Positions 50,238 to 62,987 of a stretch of 64,000 bases of DNA are shown piece by piece. Made by a program: the position numbers and the translations under genes. The DNA comes from the human T2T-CHM13v2.0 reference genome, Homo sapiens. Position 1 is the stretch's first letter. Each line of letters starts with the position of its first letter. The notes below the pieces were generated by a model that was not told the DNA's origin, did no database searches, and saw only the letters and a program-made list of their open reading frames with translations. The stretch is taken from assembly GCF_009914755.1 (NCBI RefSeq), contig NC_060937.1; one strand, 5' to 3'.

Positions 50238-53200
50238 CATTGGAGCGCTTTGCGGCCAGTGGTAGAAAAACAAATATCTTCATATAAAATCTAGGCAGAA
50301 ACAATCTGGGAAACTTCTTTGTGATGTGTGCTTTCATCTCACAGAGTTAAACCTTTGTTTTGATTGAGCAGTTTTGAAACTCTCTTTTCATCTCACAGAG
50401 TTAAACCTTTCTTTTGATTGAGCAGTTCTGAAACTCCCTTTTTGTAGAATCTGCCAGTGGACATTTGGAGTGCTTTGAGATCTATGTTGGAAAAGGAAAT
50501 ATCTTTACATAAAAACTAGACAGAAGAATTCTGAGAGACTTCTTTGTGATGTGTGCATTCATCTCACACAGTTTAACATTTCTTTTGATTGAGCAGTTTG
50601 GAAATACTCTTTTTGTAGAATCTGCAAGTGGACATTTGGAGCGCTTTGTGGCCTATGGTAGAAAAGGAAATATCTTCACATAAAATCTAGACAGAAGCAA
50701 TCTGAGAAACTTCTTTGTGACGTGTGCATTCTTCTCACAGAGTTAAACCTTTTTTTTTGATTGAGGAGTTTTGAAACTCTTTTTTTGTAGAATCTGCAAA
50801 TGGATATTTGGAGCGCTTTGAGGCCTATGGTGGAAAAGGGAATGTCTTCACATAAAAACTGGACTGAAGAATTGTGAGAAACTTCGTCATGATGGGTGGG
50901 TTCATGTCATGGAGTTGAACCTTTTTTTTTTTTTTGATTGAGCAGTTTGGAAACACTCTTTTTATAGAATCTGCAAGTGGAAATTTGGAGCGCTTTGGGG
51001 CCTGTGGTAGTAAAGGAAATATTTTCACATAATATGTAGACAGAAGCAATCAAAGAAGCTTCTTTGTGATGTGTGCATTCATCTCACAGAGTTAAACCTT
51101 TCTTTTGAGAGAGCAGTTTTGAAACTCTCTTTTCGTAGTATCTGTAAGTGGACATTTGGAGTGCTTTGAGGCCTATGGTGGAAAAGGTAATATCTTCACA
51201 TATAAACTAGACAGAAGAATTCTGAGATACTTCTTTGTGATATGTACGTTCATCTCACAGAGTTGAGCCTTTCTTTTGATTGAGCAGTTTGTAAACACTC
51301 TTTTTGTAGAATCTGCAATAGACATTTGGAGTGCTTTGCGGCCTATGGTAGAAAAGGAAATATCTCCACCAAAAATCAAGACGGAAGCAATCCGAGAGAC
51401 TTCTTTGTGATGTGTGCATTCATCTCACAGATTTAAACCTTTCTTTTGTTTGAGCAGTTTGGAAAGTCTCTTTCTGTAGAATCTGCAAGTGGAGACTAGG
51501 AGGGCTTTGAGGCCTATGGTGGAAAAGGAAATATCTTCATATAAAAACTAGACAGAAGAATTCTGAGAAACTTGTCTGTAATGTGTGCATTCATCTCACA
51601 GAGCTGAACTTTTCTTTGGATTGAGCAGTTTGGAAACACTCTTTTTTTAAAATCTGCAAGTGGACATTTGGAGCGCTTTGCGGCCTAAGGTACAACAGGA
51701 AATAACTTCACATAATATCTAGAGAGAAGCAATCTGAGAAGCTTCTTTGTGATGGGTGCATTCATCTCACAGAGTTAAAACTTTGTTTTGATAGAGCAGT
51801 TTTGAAACTCTTTTTGTAGAATTTGCTAGTGGACGTTTGGAGCGCATTGAGGCCTATGGTGGAAAAGGTAATATCTTCACATATAAAGTAGACAGAGGAA
51901 TTCTGAGAATCTTCTTTGTGATGTGTGCGTTCGTCTCAAAGAGTTGAAACTTTCTTTTGTTTGAGCACTTTGGAAAGACTCTTTGTAGAATCTGCAAGTG
52001 GAAATTTGGAGCGATTTGTGGCAAATGGTAGAAAAGGAAATATCTTCATATAAAATCTAGGCAGAAGCAATCTGGGAAACTTCTTTGTGATGTGTGCTTT
52101 CATCTCACAGAGATAAACCTTTGTTTTGATTGAGCAGTTTTTAAACTCTCTTTTCGTAGCTTCTGCAAGTGGATATTTGGAGCGCTTTGGGGCCTATGGT
52201 GGAAAAGGAAATATCTTAAAATAAAAACTAGACAGAAGAATTCTGAGAAACTTCTCTGTGATGTGTGCGTTCATCTCATGGAGTTGAAACTTTCTTTTGA
52301 TAGAGAAGTTTGAAAACACACTTTTCGTAGAATCTGCTAGTGGACATTTAGAGCGCTTTGTGGCCTAAGATAGAAAAGTAAATATCTTCACATAAAATCA
52401 AGACAGCAGCAATCTAAGAAGCTTCTTTGTGATGTGTGCATTCATATCACCGAGTTAACCCTTTCTTTTGATTGAGCAGTTTTTAAACTCTCTTTTTGTA
52501 AAATCTGCAAGTGGAAGTTTGGAGCTCATTGAGGTCTATGGTGGAAAAGGAAATATCTTCACATAAAAACTAGACAGAAGAATTCTGAGAAACTTCTTTG
52601 TGATGTGTGCATTCATCTCACAGAGTTGAAACTTTCTTTTGATTGAGCAGTTTGGAAACACTCCTTTTTAAGAATCTGCCAGTGGACATTTCGAGCGGTT
52701 TGCGGGCCACTGTAGAAAAGGAAATATCTTCACATAAAATCTAGACAGAAGCAATCTGAGAAACTTCTTTGTGATGTGTGCATTCATCTCACAGAGTTAA
52801 ACCTTTCTTTTGGTTGAGGAGTTTTGAAAATCTCTTTTTGCAGAATCTGCAAGTGTATATTTGGAGTGCTTTGAGGCCTATGGTGAAAAGGAAATATCTT
52901 CACATAAAAACTGGACTGAAGAATTGTGAGAAACTTCCTGGTGATGAGTGGGTTCATCTCATAGAGTTGAACCTTTTTTCTGATTGAGCAGTTTGGAAAC
53001 ACTCTTTTTGTAGAATCTGAAAGTGGACATTTGTAGCTCTTAGCGGCCTATGGTAGAAAACGAACTGCCTTCACATAAAATCTAGACAGAAGCAATCTGA
53101 GAAACTTCTTTGTCATGTATGCATTCATCTCACAGAGTTAAACCTTTCTTTCGATTGAGGGTTTTTGAAACTCTCTTTTTGTAGAATCTTCAAGTGGATA

Positions 53201-54102
53201 TTTGGAGCGCTTTGAGGCCTCTAGTGGAAAAGGTAATATCTTCACATAAAAACTGGACTGAAGAGTTGTGAGAAATTTCGTGGTGATGGGTGGGTTCATC
53301 TCATGGAGTTGAACCTTTTTTCTGATTGAGCAGTTTGGAAACACTCTTTTTGTAGAATCTGCAAGTGGACATTTCTCACGCTTTGCAGCCTATGGAAGAA
53401 AACTTAATACCTTCACATAAAATCTAGACAGAAGCAATCTGAGAAACTTCTTTGTATTCTGTACATTCACCTCACAGTGTTAAACCATTCTTTTGATTGA
53501 GCAGTTTTGAAAGTATCTTTTGTAGAAACTGCAAGTGGACATTTGGAGTGCTTGGTGGCCTATGGTGGAAACGATAATATCTTCACATAAGAACTAGACA
53601 GGAGAATGATGAGAAACTACTTTGTGAGGTGTGCGTTCATCTCACAGAGTTGAAACTTTCTTTTGATTGAGCAGTTTGGAACCACTCTTTTTGTCAAATC
53701 TGCAAGTGGACATTTGGAGCACTTAGCGGCCAATGGAAGAAAAGGCAATATCGTCACATAAAATCTAGACAGAAGCAATCTGAGAAACTTCTTTGTGATG
53801 TGTGCATTCATCTCACAGAGTTAAACCTTTGTTTTGGTTGAGCAGTTTTGAAACCATCTTTTAGTAGAATCTCCAAGTGGACATTTGGAGGGCTTTGAGG
53901 CCTACGGTGGAAAAGTAGATATCTTCACATAAAAAAATAGAGAGAAGAATTATGAGAAACTTCTTTGTGACGTTTGCGTTCATCTCACAGAGTTGAACCT
54001 TTCTTTTGATTGAGGAGTTCGGAAACACTCTTTTTGTAGAATCTGCAGGTGGACATTTTGAATACTTTGTGGCCTATGGTAGAAATGGAAATATCTTCAT
54101 AT
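50238..54102 (+). repeat. Alpha satellite, dimeric-type block in opposite orientation
   Basis: Two monomer classes alternate: GGTAGAAAAGG...AAAATCTAGACAGAAGCAATCTGAG and GGTGGAAAAGG...AAAACTAGACAGAAGAATTCTGAG. Most carry GTGGACATTTGG. Confidence 0.93.
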
Positions 54103-57100
54103 CACAAAGAGAGTGTTTCAAAACTGCTCAATCAAAAGAAAGGTTCAACTCTGTGTGATGAATGCACTCATCACAAAGAAGTTTCTCTGAATGCTTCTGT
54201 GTAGTATTAATTTGAAGATGTTTCCGTTTCCACCATAGGGCACAAAGGGATCCAAATGTCCACTTCCACATTCTACAAAAACAGAGATTCTAAACAGCTC
54301 AATCAAAAGATAGGCTCAAATCTGTGAGTTGAATGCACACATCACAAAGAAGTTTCTCAGAATGCTTCTATGTAGTTTTTATGTGAGGAAATTTGCTTTT
54401 CCACGGTAGGCTTCAAAGCACTCCAAATATCCAATTGCAGATTCTACAAAAACAGTGTTTCCAAAGTGCTCAATAAAGGAAAGGATCAATTCTGTGAAAT
54501 GAATGCACACATCACAAAGAAGTTTCTCAGAATGCTTCTGTGTATTTTTTGTTTAAAGATATTTCCTTTTCCACCTTAGGCCACAAAGGGCTCCAAATAT
54601 CCACTTGCAGATTCTTCAAAAAGAGAGATTCAAAACTGCTCAATCAAAAGATAGGTTCAACTCTGTGAGTTGAATGCACACATCACAAAGAAGTTTCTCA
54701 GAATGCTTCTGTGTAGTATTTACGTGAAGATATTTCTTTTTCACAATAGTACTCAAAATGTTCCAAATATCCACTTGCAGATTCTATAAAAAGAGTGCTT
54801 CAAAACTGCTCAATCATAAGATACGTTCAACCCTGTGAGATGAATGCACACATCACAGAGAAGTTTCACAGAATGCTTCTGTGTAGTTTTTATTTGAAGA
54901 TATTTCCTTTTCCACCATAGGCCGCAAAGTGCTCCAAATATCCACTTGCAGATTCTACAAAAAGAGAGGTTCAAAGGTGCTCAATCAAAAGATCGGTTCA
55001 ACTTTTTGAATTGACTGCAAACATCACAAAGAAGTTTCTCAGAATGCGTCTGTGTAGTTTTTATGTGAAGATATTTCCTTTTCCACAATAGGCCACAAAG
55101 CTCTCCAAATATCAATATGTAGATTCTCCAAAAAGAGAGATTCCAAACTGCTCAATCAAAAGATAGCTTCAACTCTGTGATTTGAATGCACACCTCATGA
55201 AGAAGTTTCTCAGAATGCCTCTGTGTAGTCTTTATGTGAAGATATATGCTTTTCCACAGTACCCCTCAAAGCGCTCCAAATATCCATTTGCAGATTCTGC
55301 AAAAAGAGAGATTTGAAAGTGCTCAGTTCAAAGATAGGTGCAACTCTGTGAGTTGAATGCACAGATAACAACGACATTTCCCAGAATGCTTCTGTGTAGT
55401 TTTTATGTGAAGATATTTCCTTTTCCAAAAGAGTCCTCAAAGCTCTCCAAATATCCACTTCCAGATTCTACAAAAAGATTTTTTCAAAACTACTCAATCA
55501 AAAGAAAGTGTCAACACTGTGTGATGAATGCACTCAACACAAAGAAGTTTCCCAGAATGCTTCTGTATAGTTTTTATTTGAAGATATTTCCTTTTCTACC
55601 ATATGGCACAAAGGACTCCAAATATCCAGTTGCAGATTCTACAAAAAGAGAGATTCAAAACTGCTGAATCCAAAGATAGTTTCAACTCTGTGAGTTGAAT
55701 GCACACATAACAAAGGAGTTTCTCAGAATGCTTCTGTGTAGTTTTTAGGTGAAGATATTTGATTTTTCACAGTACGCCTCAGAGAGCTCCAAATATCCAC
55801 TTGCAGATTCTGAAAAAAGAGAGATTCAAAACTGTTCAATCAAAAGATAGGTAAAACTCTGTGAGTTGATTGCACACATCACCAGGAAGTTTCTCTGAAT
55901 AGTTCTGTGTAGTTTTTATGTGAAGATATTTTCTTTTCCAAAATATGCCTCAAAGCCCTCCAAATATCCACTTCCAAATTCTACCAAAAGAGTGTTTCAA
56001 AACTTCTCAATCAATAGAAAGTTCAACTCTCTGTGATGAATACACTCATCACAAAGAAGTTTCTCTGCATGCTTCTGAGTAGTTTTATTTGAAGATATTT
56101 CCTTTTCCTCCATAAGGCACTAAGGGCTCCAAATATCCACGTGCAGATTCTAACAAAAGATAAATTCAAAACTGCTCAATCAAAATATAGGTTCAACTCT
56201 GTGAGTTGAATGCACATATCACAAAGAAGTTTCTCAGAATGCTTCTGTGTAGTTTTTATTTTGAGATATTTCCTTTTCCACAATAGACCTCAAATCTCTC
56301 CAAACATCCACTTGCAGATTCTGCAAAAAGAGAGATTCAAGACTGCTCAATGAAAAGATAGCCTCGACTCTGTCATTTGAATGCACACCTCACATAGTAG
56401 TTTCTCAGAATTCTTCTGTGTAGTTTTTATGTGAAGATATTTGCTTTTCCAAAGTAGGCCTCAAAGGGCTCAAAATCTCCCCTTGCAGATTCTGCAAAAA
56501 GAGAGATTCCAAACTGCTCAATCAAAAGATAGGTTCACCTCTGTGTGACGAATGCACTCATCACAAAGAAGTTTCCCAGAATGCTTCTGTGTAGTTTTTA
56601 TGTGAAGATATATCCTTTTCCACCCTAGGGCACATAGGGCTCCGGATATCCACTTGCAGATTCTACCAAAAGGGAGATTCAAAACTGCTGAGTCAAAAGA
56701 TAGGTTCAATTCTGTGAGTTGAATGCACACATAACAAAGAAGTTTCGCAGAACGCTTCTGTGTAGTATTTATGTGAAGATATTTCCTTTTGCACAATAAG
56801 ACTCAAATCTCTCCTAATATCCACTTGCAGATTCTACAAAAAGAGTGTTTCCAAACTGCTCAATCAAAAGAAAGCTTAAACTCTGTGAGATGAATGCACA
56901 CATCACAAAGAAGTTTCTCAGAATGCTTCTGTGTAGTTTTTATATGAAGATAATTGCTTTTCCTCAGTAGGCATCAAAGCACTCAAAACATCCAATTGCA
57001 GATTCTACAAAAACAGTTTCAAAACTGCTCAATCAACAGAAGGGATCAACTCTGTGAGATGAGTGCACACATCATGAAGAAGTTTCTCATATTTCCTTTT

Positions 57101-60100
57101 CCACAATAGGCCTCAAAGCACTCCAAATATCCACTTGCAGATTCTACAAAGGAGTGTTTCAAAACTTCTCAATCATAAGATAGGTTCAACCCTGTGAGAT
57201 GAATGCACACATCACAAAAAGTTTCTCAGAATGCTTCTGTGTAGTTTTTACGTGAAGACATTTCCTTTTCCATAATTGACCTGAAATCGCTCCAAATATC
57301 CTCTTGCAGATCCTACAAAAAGAGTGTTTCAAAACTGCTCAATCAAAAGAAAGGTTCAACTCTGTGAGGTGAATGCACACATCACAAAGAAGTTTTTCAG
57401 AATGCTTCTGTATAGTTTTTAGGTGGAAATATCTGCTTTTCCACAGTAGGCCTCAAAGGGCTCTATGTGTCCACTTGCAAATTAAACAAAAAGAGGTTTT
57501 CAAAACTGCTCAATCATAATATAGGTTCAACCATGTGAGATGAATGCACACATGACAAAGAAGTTCCTCAAAATGCTTTTCTGTAGTTTTCATTTGAAGA
57601 TATTTCCTTTTCCACCATAGGCCAGAAAGGGCTCCAAATATCCACTTGCAGATTCTACAAAAAGAGAGATTCAAAACTGCTCAATCAAAATATAGGTTCA
57701 ACTCTGTGAGTTGAATGCACACATCACAAAGAAGCTTCTCAGAATGCTTCTGTGTAGTTTTTATTTGAAGATATTTCCTTTTCCACAATAGGCCTCAAAT
57801 CGCTTCAAATATCCAATTGCAGATTGTACAAAAAGAGTGTTTCGAAACTACTAAATCAAAAGAAAGTTTCAACTCTATGAGATGAATGCACACATAGCAA
57901 ATAAGTCTCTCAGAATGCTTCTGTGCAGTTTTCATGTGAAGATATTTGCTTCTCCACAGTAGGCCTCCAAGCGCTCCAAATATCCACTTGCAGATTCTAC
58001 AAAAAGAAAGATTCAAAACTGCTCAATCAAAAGATCGGTTCAACTCTGTGAGTTGAATGCACACATCACAAAGAAGTTTCTCAGAATGCTTCTGTGTATT
58101 TTTTATGTGAAGATATTTCCTTTTCCACAATAGGCCTCAAAGCTCTCCAAAGGTCCACTTGCAGATTCTGCAAAAAAAGAGATTCAAAACTGCTCAATCA
58201 AAGTATAGGTTTGACTGTGTGAGTTGAATGCACACCTCAGAAAGAAGTTTCTCAGAATGCATCTGCATAGTTTTTATTTGAAGATATGTGCTTTTGCATT
58301 GTAGGCCTCAAAGCGCTACAGATATCCACTTTCAGATCTGCAAAACGAGAGATTCAAAACTGCTGAATCAAAAGAAACGTTCAACTGTTTCTGATGAATG
58401 CACTCATCACAAAGAAGTTTCTTTGAATGCTTCTGTGTAGTTTTTATTTGAAGATATTTTCTTTTCAATCATAGGGCAAAAAGGGCTACAAGTATCCACT
58501 TGCGGATTATTCAAAAAAAGAGATTGAAAACTGCTCAGTCATAAGATAGGTTCAATCCTGTGTGATGAATGCACACATCACAAAGAAGTTTTTCAGAATG
58601 CTTCTGTGTAGTTTTTAGGTGAAGATACTTCCTTTTCCACAATAGGCCTGAAATCGCTCCAAATATCCACTTGTAGATTCTACAAAAAGTGTGTTTCAAA
58701 ACTGCTCAATCAAAAGAAAGGTTCAACTCTGTGAGTTGAATGCACACATCACAGAGAGGTTTCTCAGAATGCTTCTGTGAAGTTTTTATATGAAGATATT
58801 TGATTTTCCACAGTTGGCCTCACAGTGCTCCAAATATCCACTTTTAGTTTCTGCAAAATGAGAGATTCAAAACTGCTCAATAAAAAGAAACGTTCAACTC
58901 TGTGTGATGAATGCACTCATCACAAACAAGTTTCTCTGAATGCTTCTGTGTTGTTTGTATTTGAAGATATTTCCTTTTCCACCATAGGGTGCAAATGGCT
59001 CCAAATATCCACTTGCAGATTCTACAGAAAGAGAGATTCAAAACTGCTCAATGAAAAGATAAGTTCAACTCTGTGAGTTGTATGCACATATCACAAAGAA
59101 GTTTCTCAGAATGCTTCTGTGTAGTTTTTATGTGTAGACATTTTCTTTTCCACCATAGGCCACAAAGGGCTCCAATTATCCACTTACAAAAAGAGTGTTT
59201 CAAAACTGCTCAATCAAAAGAAAGGTTCAACTCTGTGAGATGAATGCACACATTACAAACAAGTTTCTCAGAATGCTACTGTGTAGTTTTATATGAATAT
59301 ATTTGCTTTTCCATGGTAGGCCTCAAAGCGCTCCAAATATTCATTTTCAGATTCTACAAAAAGAGTGTTTCAAAACTGCTCAATCATAAGATAGGTTTAA
59401 CCCTGTGTGATGAATGCACATATCACAAAGATGTTTCTCAGAATGCTTCTGTGTAGTTTTTATGTGGAGATATTTCCTTATCCACAATAGGCTGCAACGG
59501 GCTCCAAATATCCACTTGCAGATTCTACAAAAGCAGAGATTCAAAACTGCTCAATCAAAAGATAGGTTCCAATCTGTGAGTTAAATGCACACATCACTAA
59601 GAAGTTTCCCAGAATGCTTCTGTGTATTTTTTATTGGAAGATATATCCTTTTCCACAACAGGCTTCAAACTCTCCAAATATCCACTTGCAGATTCTGCAA
59701 AAAGACTGTTTCAAAACTGCTCAATAAAAAGAAATGTTCAACTATGTGTGATCAACGCACTCATCACAAATTACTTTCTCTGAGTGCTTCTGTGTAGTTT
59801 TTATTTGAAGATATTTCCTTTTTCACCACAGGGGGCAAAGGGCTCCAAATATCCACTTGCAGATTCTACAAAAAGAGAGATTCAAAACTGCTCAATAGAA
59901 AGATAGGTTCAACTCTGTGAGTTGAATGTACACATCACAAAGAAGTTTCTCAGAATGCTTTTGTGTAGTTTTTATGTGAAGATATTTCCTATACCACAAT
60001 AGGCCTCAAATCGCTCCAAATATTCACTTGCTGATTCTACAAAAAGAATGTTTCAAAACTGCTCAATCAAAAGAAAGGTTCACCCTTGTGAGATGAAGGC

Positions 60101-62987
60101 ACACATCACAAAGAAGTTTCTCAGAATGCTTCTGTGTATTTTTTATGGGAAGATATTTCCTTTCCCAAACTAGGCCTCAAATAGCTCCAAATATCCACGT
60201 GCAGATTCTACAAAAAGAGTGTTTCAAAACTGCTCTATCAAAAGAAAGGTTCAACTCTGTGAGATGAATGCAAACAAAACAAAGAAGTTTCTGAGAATTC
60301 TTCTGTGTAGTTATATGAAGATATATCCTTTTCCACAATAGGCCTCAAAGCATTCCACATATCCACTTGCAGATTCTACAAAAAGAGTGTTTCAAACTGC
60401 TCAATCCAATGAAAGGTTCAACTCTGTGAGATAAATGCACACATAACAAAGAAGTTTCTCAGAATTCTTCTGTGTAGTTTCTATGGGAAGATATTACCCT
60501 TACCACCATCGGCCACAAAGAGCTCCAAATAACCACTTGCAGCTTGTACAAAAAGAGAGTTTCAAAACTGCTCCCAAGAGATAGGTTCAAATCTGCGAGT
60601 TGAATGCACACATCACAGAGAAGTTTCTCAGAATGCTTCTGTGTAGTTTTTATTTGAAGATATTTCCTTTTCCACCATAGGCTGCAAAGGGCTCCAGATA
60701 TCCACTTTCAGATTCTACAAAAGGAGAGTCTTAAAACTGCCCTATCAAAAGAATGGTAAAACTCTATGAGATGAAGGCACACATTACAAAGAAGTTTCTC
60801 AGAATGCTTCTGTGTAGTTTTTATGTAAAGATTTTTCCTTTTCCACTATAGGCCTCAAAACATTCCAAATATCCACTTGCAGATTCTACAAAAAGTGTGT
60901 TTCAAAACTGCTCTATCAAAAGAAAGTTTCAACTCTGTGAGATGAATGCACACATCAGAAAGAATTTTCTCAGAATGCTTCTGTCTAGTTTTTATGTAAA
61001 GATATTTCCTTTTCCACCATAGGCCTGAAAGGGCTCCAAATATCCACTTGCAGATTCTACAAAAAGAGAGTTTAAAAACTGCTCTATCAAATGAAGGGTT
61101 CAGCTCTGTGAGATGAATGCACACATCACAAAATAGTTTCTCAGAATGCTTCTGTGTAGTTTTTATGGGAAGATATTTCCTTTTCCACCTTTGGCCACAA
61201 AGGTCTCCAAATAAACACTTGCAGATTCAACAAAAAGAGTGTTTCAAAACCTCTCTATCAAAAGATAGATTCAACTCAGTGAGTTGAAGGCACACATTCA
61301 CAATGAAGTTTCTCAGAATGCTTCTGTGTAGGTTTTATGTGATGATTTTTCCTTTTCCACCATAGGCCCCAAATCACTTCAAATATCCACTTGCAGATTC
61401 TACAAAAAGAGAGTTTCGAAACTGCTCTATAAAAATATTGGTTCAGCCTGTTGAGATGAAGGCACACATCACAAAGAAGTTTCTCAGAATGCTTCTGTAT
61501 GCTTTTTATGTGAAGACGTTTCCTTTCCCTCCATAGGTCTCAAAGCCCTCCAAATATCTAATTGCAGATTCTACAAAAAGAATGTTTCCAAACTGCTGTA
61601 TCAAAATAAAGACTCAAGTCTGTGAGATGAATGCACACATCAAAAAGAAGTTTCTCAGAATGCTTCTGTGTAGTTTTTATGTGAAGACATTTCCTTTTCC
61701 ACAATAGGCCTCAAACGGCTCCAAATATCCCCTTGCAGATTATACAAAGAGAGTGGGTCCAAACTGCTGATTCAATGGAAACGTTCAACTCTGTGACATG
61801 AATGCACACATCCTAAAGAAGTTTCTGAGAATGCTTCTGTGCAGATTTTATGTGAAGGTATTTCATTTTCCAGAACAGGGCTCAAAGTGCTACAAATATC
61901 CACTTGCAGATTCTACAAAAAGAGTGTTTCAAAACTACTCAATCAAAGTAAGTTTCAACTCTGTGAGATGAATGCACACATCACAAAGAAGTTTGTCAAA
62001 ATGCTTCGACCTAGTTTTTATGTGAAGATATTTCCTTTTCCACCTTAGGCCTGCACAATGAAAAGTGCACAATGAAAAGTAAGTTTCAACTCTGTGAGAT
62101 GAAAGCACACATCACGAAAAAGTTTGTCAGAATGCTTCTGTCTACTTTTTGTTTGAAGATATTTCCTTTTCCACCTTAGGCCTAAAAGTGCTCCAAATGT
62201 CCACTTGCAGATTCTACAAAAAGAGAGTTTCAAAGCTGCTCAATGAAAAGAAAGTTTCTACTCTCTGAGATGAATGCACACATCACAAAAAAGTTTGTCA
62301 GAATGCATCTGTCTAGTTTTTATGTAAAGATACTTCCTTTTCCACCACAGCCCCCAAAGCGCTCCAAATATCCACTTGCAGATTCTACAGAAAGAGTGTT
62401 TGAAAACTGATCAATGAAAAGTAAGGTTCAACTCTGTACGATGAATGCACACATCACAAAGAAGTTTGTCAGAATGCTTTGGTCTAGTTTTTATATGAAG
62501 ATATTTCCTTTTCCACCATAGGCCTCAAAGTGTGAAAAATGTCCATTCCAGATTCTACAGAAAGAGTGTTTCCAATCTGTTCAATGAAATGGAGGGTTCA
62601 ACTCTGTGAGATGAATGCACACATCAAAAAGAAGTTTGTCAGAATGCTTCTGTCCCATTATTACATGAAAATATTTCGTTGTCCACCATAGGCCTCAAAG
62701 CGCTCCAAATGTCAACTTGCAGATTCTACAAAAAGCGTGTTTCAAAGCTGCTCAATCAAAAGGAAGTTTTAACTCTGTGAGATGATTGCACATGTCACAA
62801 AGAAGTTTGTCAGAACGCTTCTGTTTAGTTTTTATGTGAAGATATTTCCTTTTCCACCATAGTCCTCAAAGCGCTCCAAATGTCCACTTGTAGATTCTAC
62901 AAAAAGAGTGTTTTAAAACTGCTCCATGAAAAGAAATGTTCAACACAGTAAGATGGAGGCATATATCGCAAAGAAGTTTGTCAGAAT
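54103..62987 (-). repeat. Alpha satellite, monomeric (TGTGTAG-type, switching to GTTTGTCAG/TGTCTAG-type near 61990)
   Basis: ~171-bp reverse-oriented units. Confidence 0.97.
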
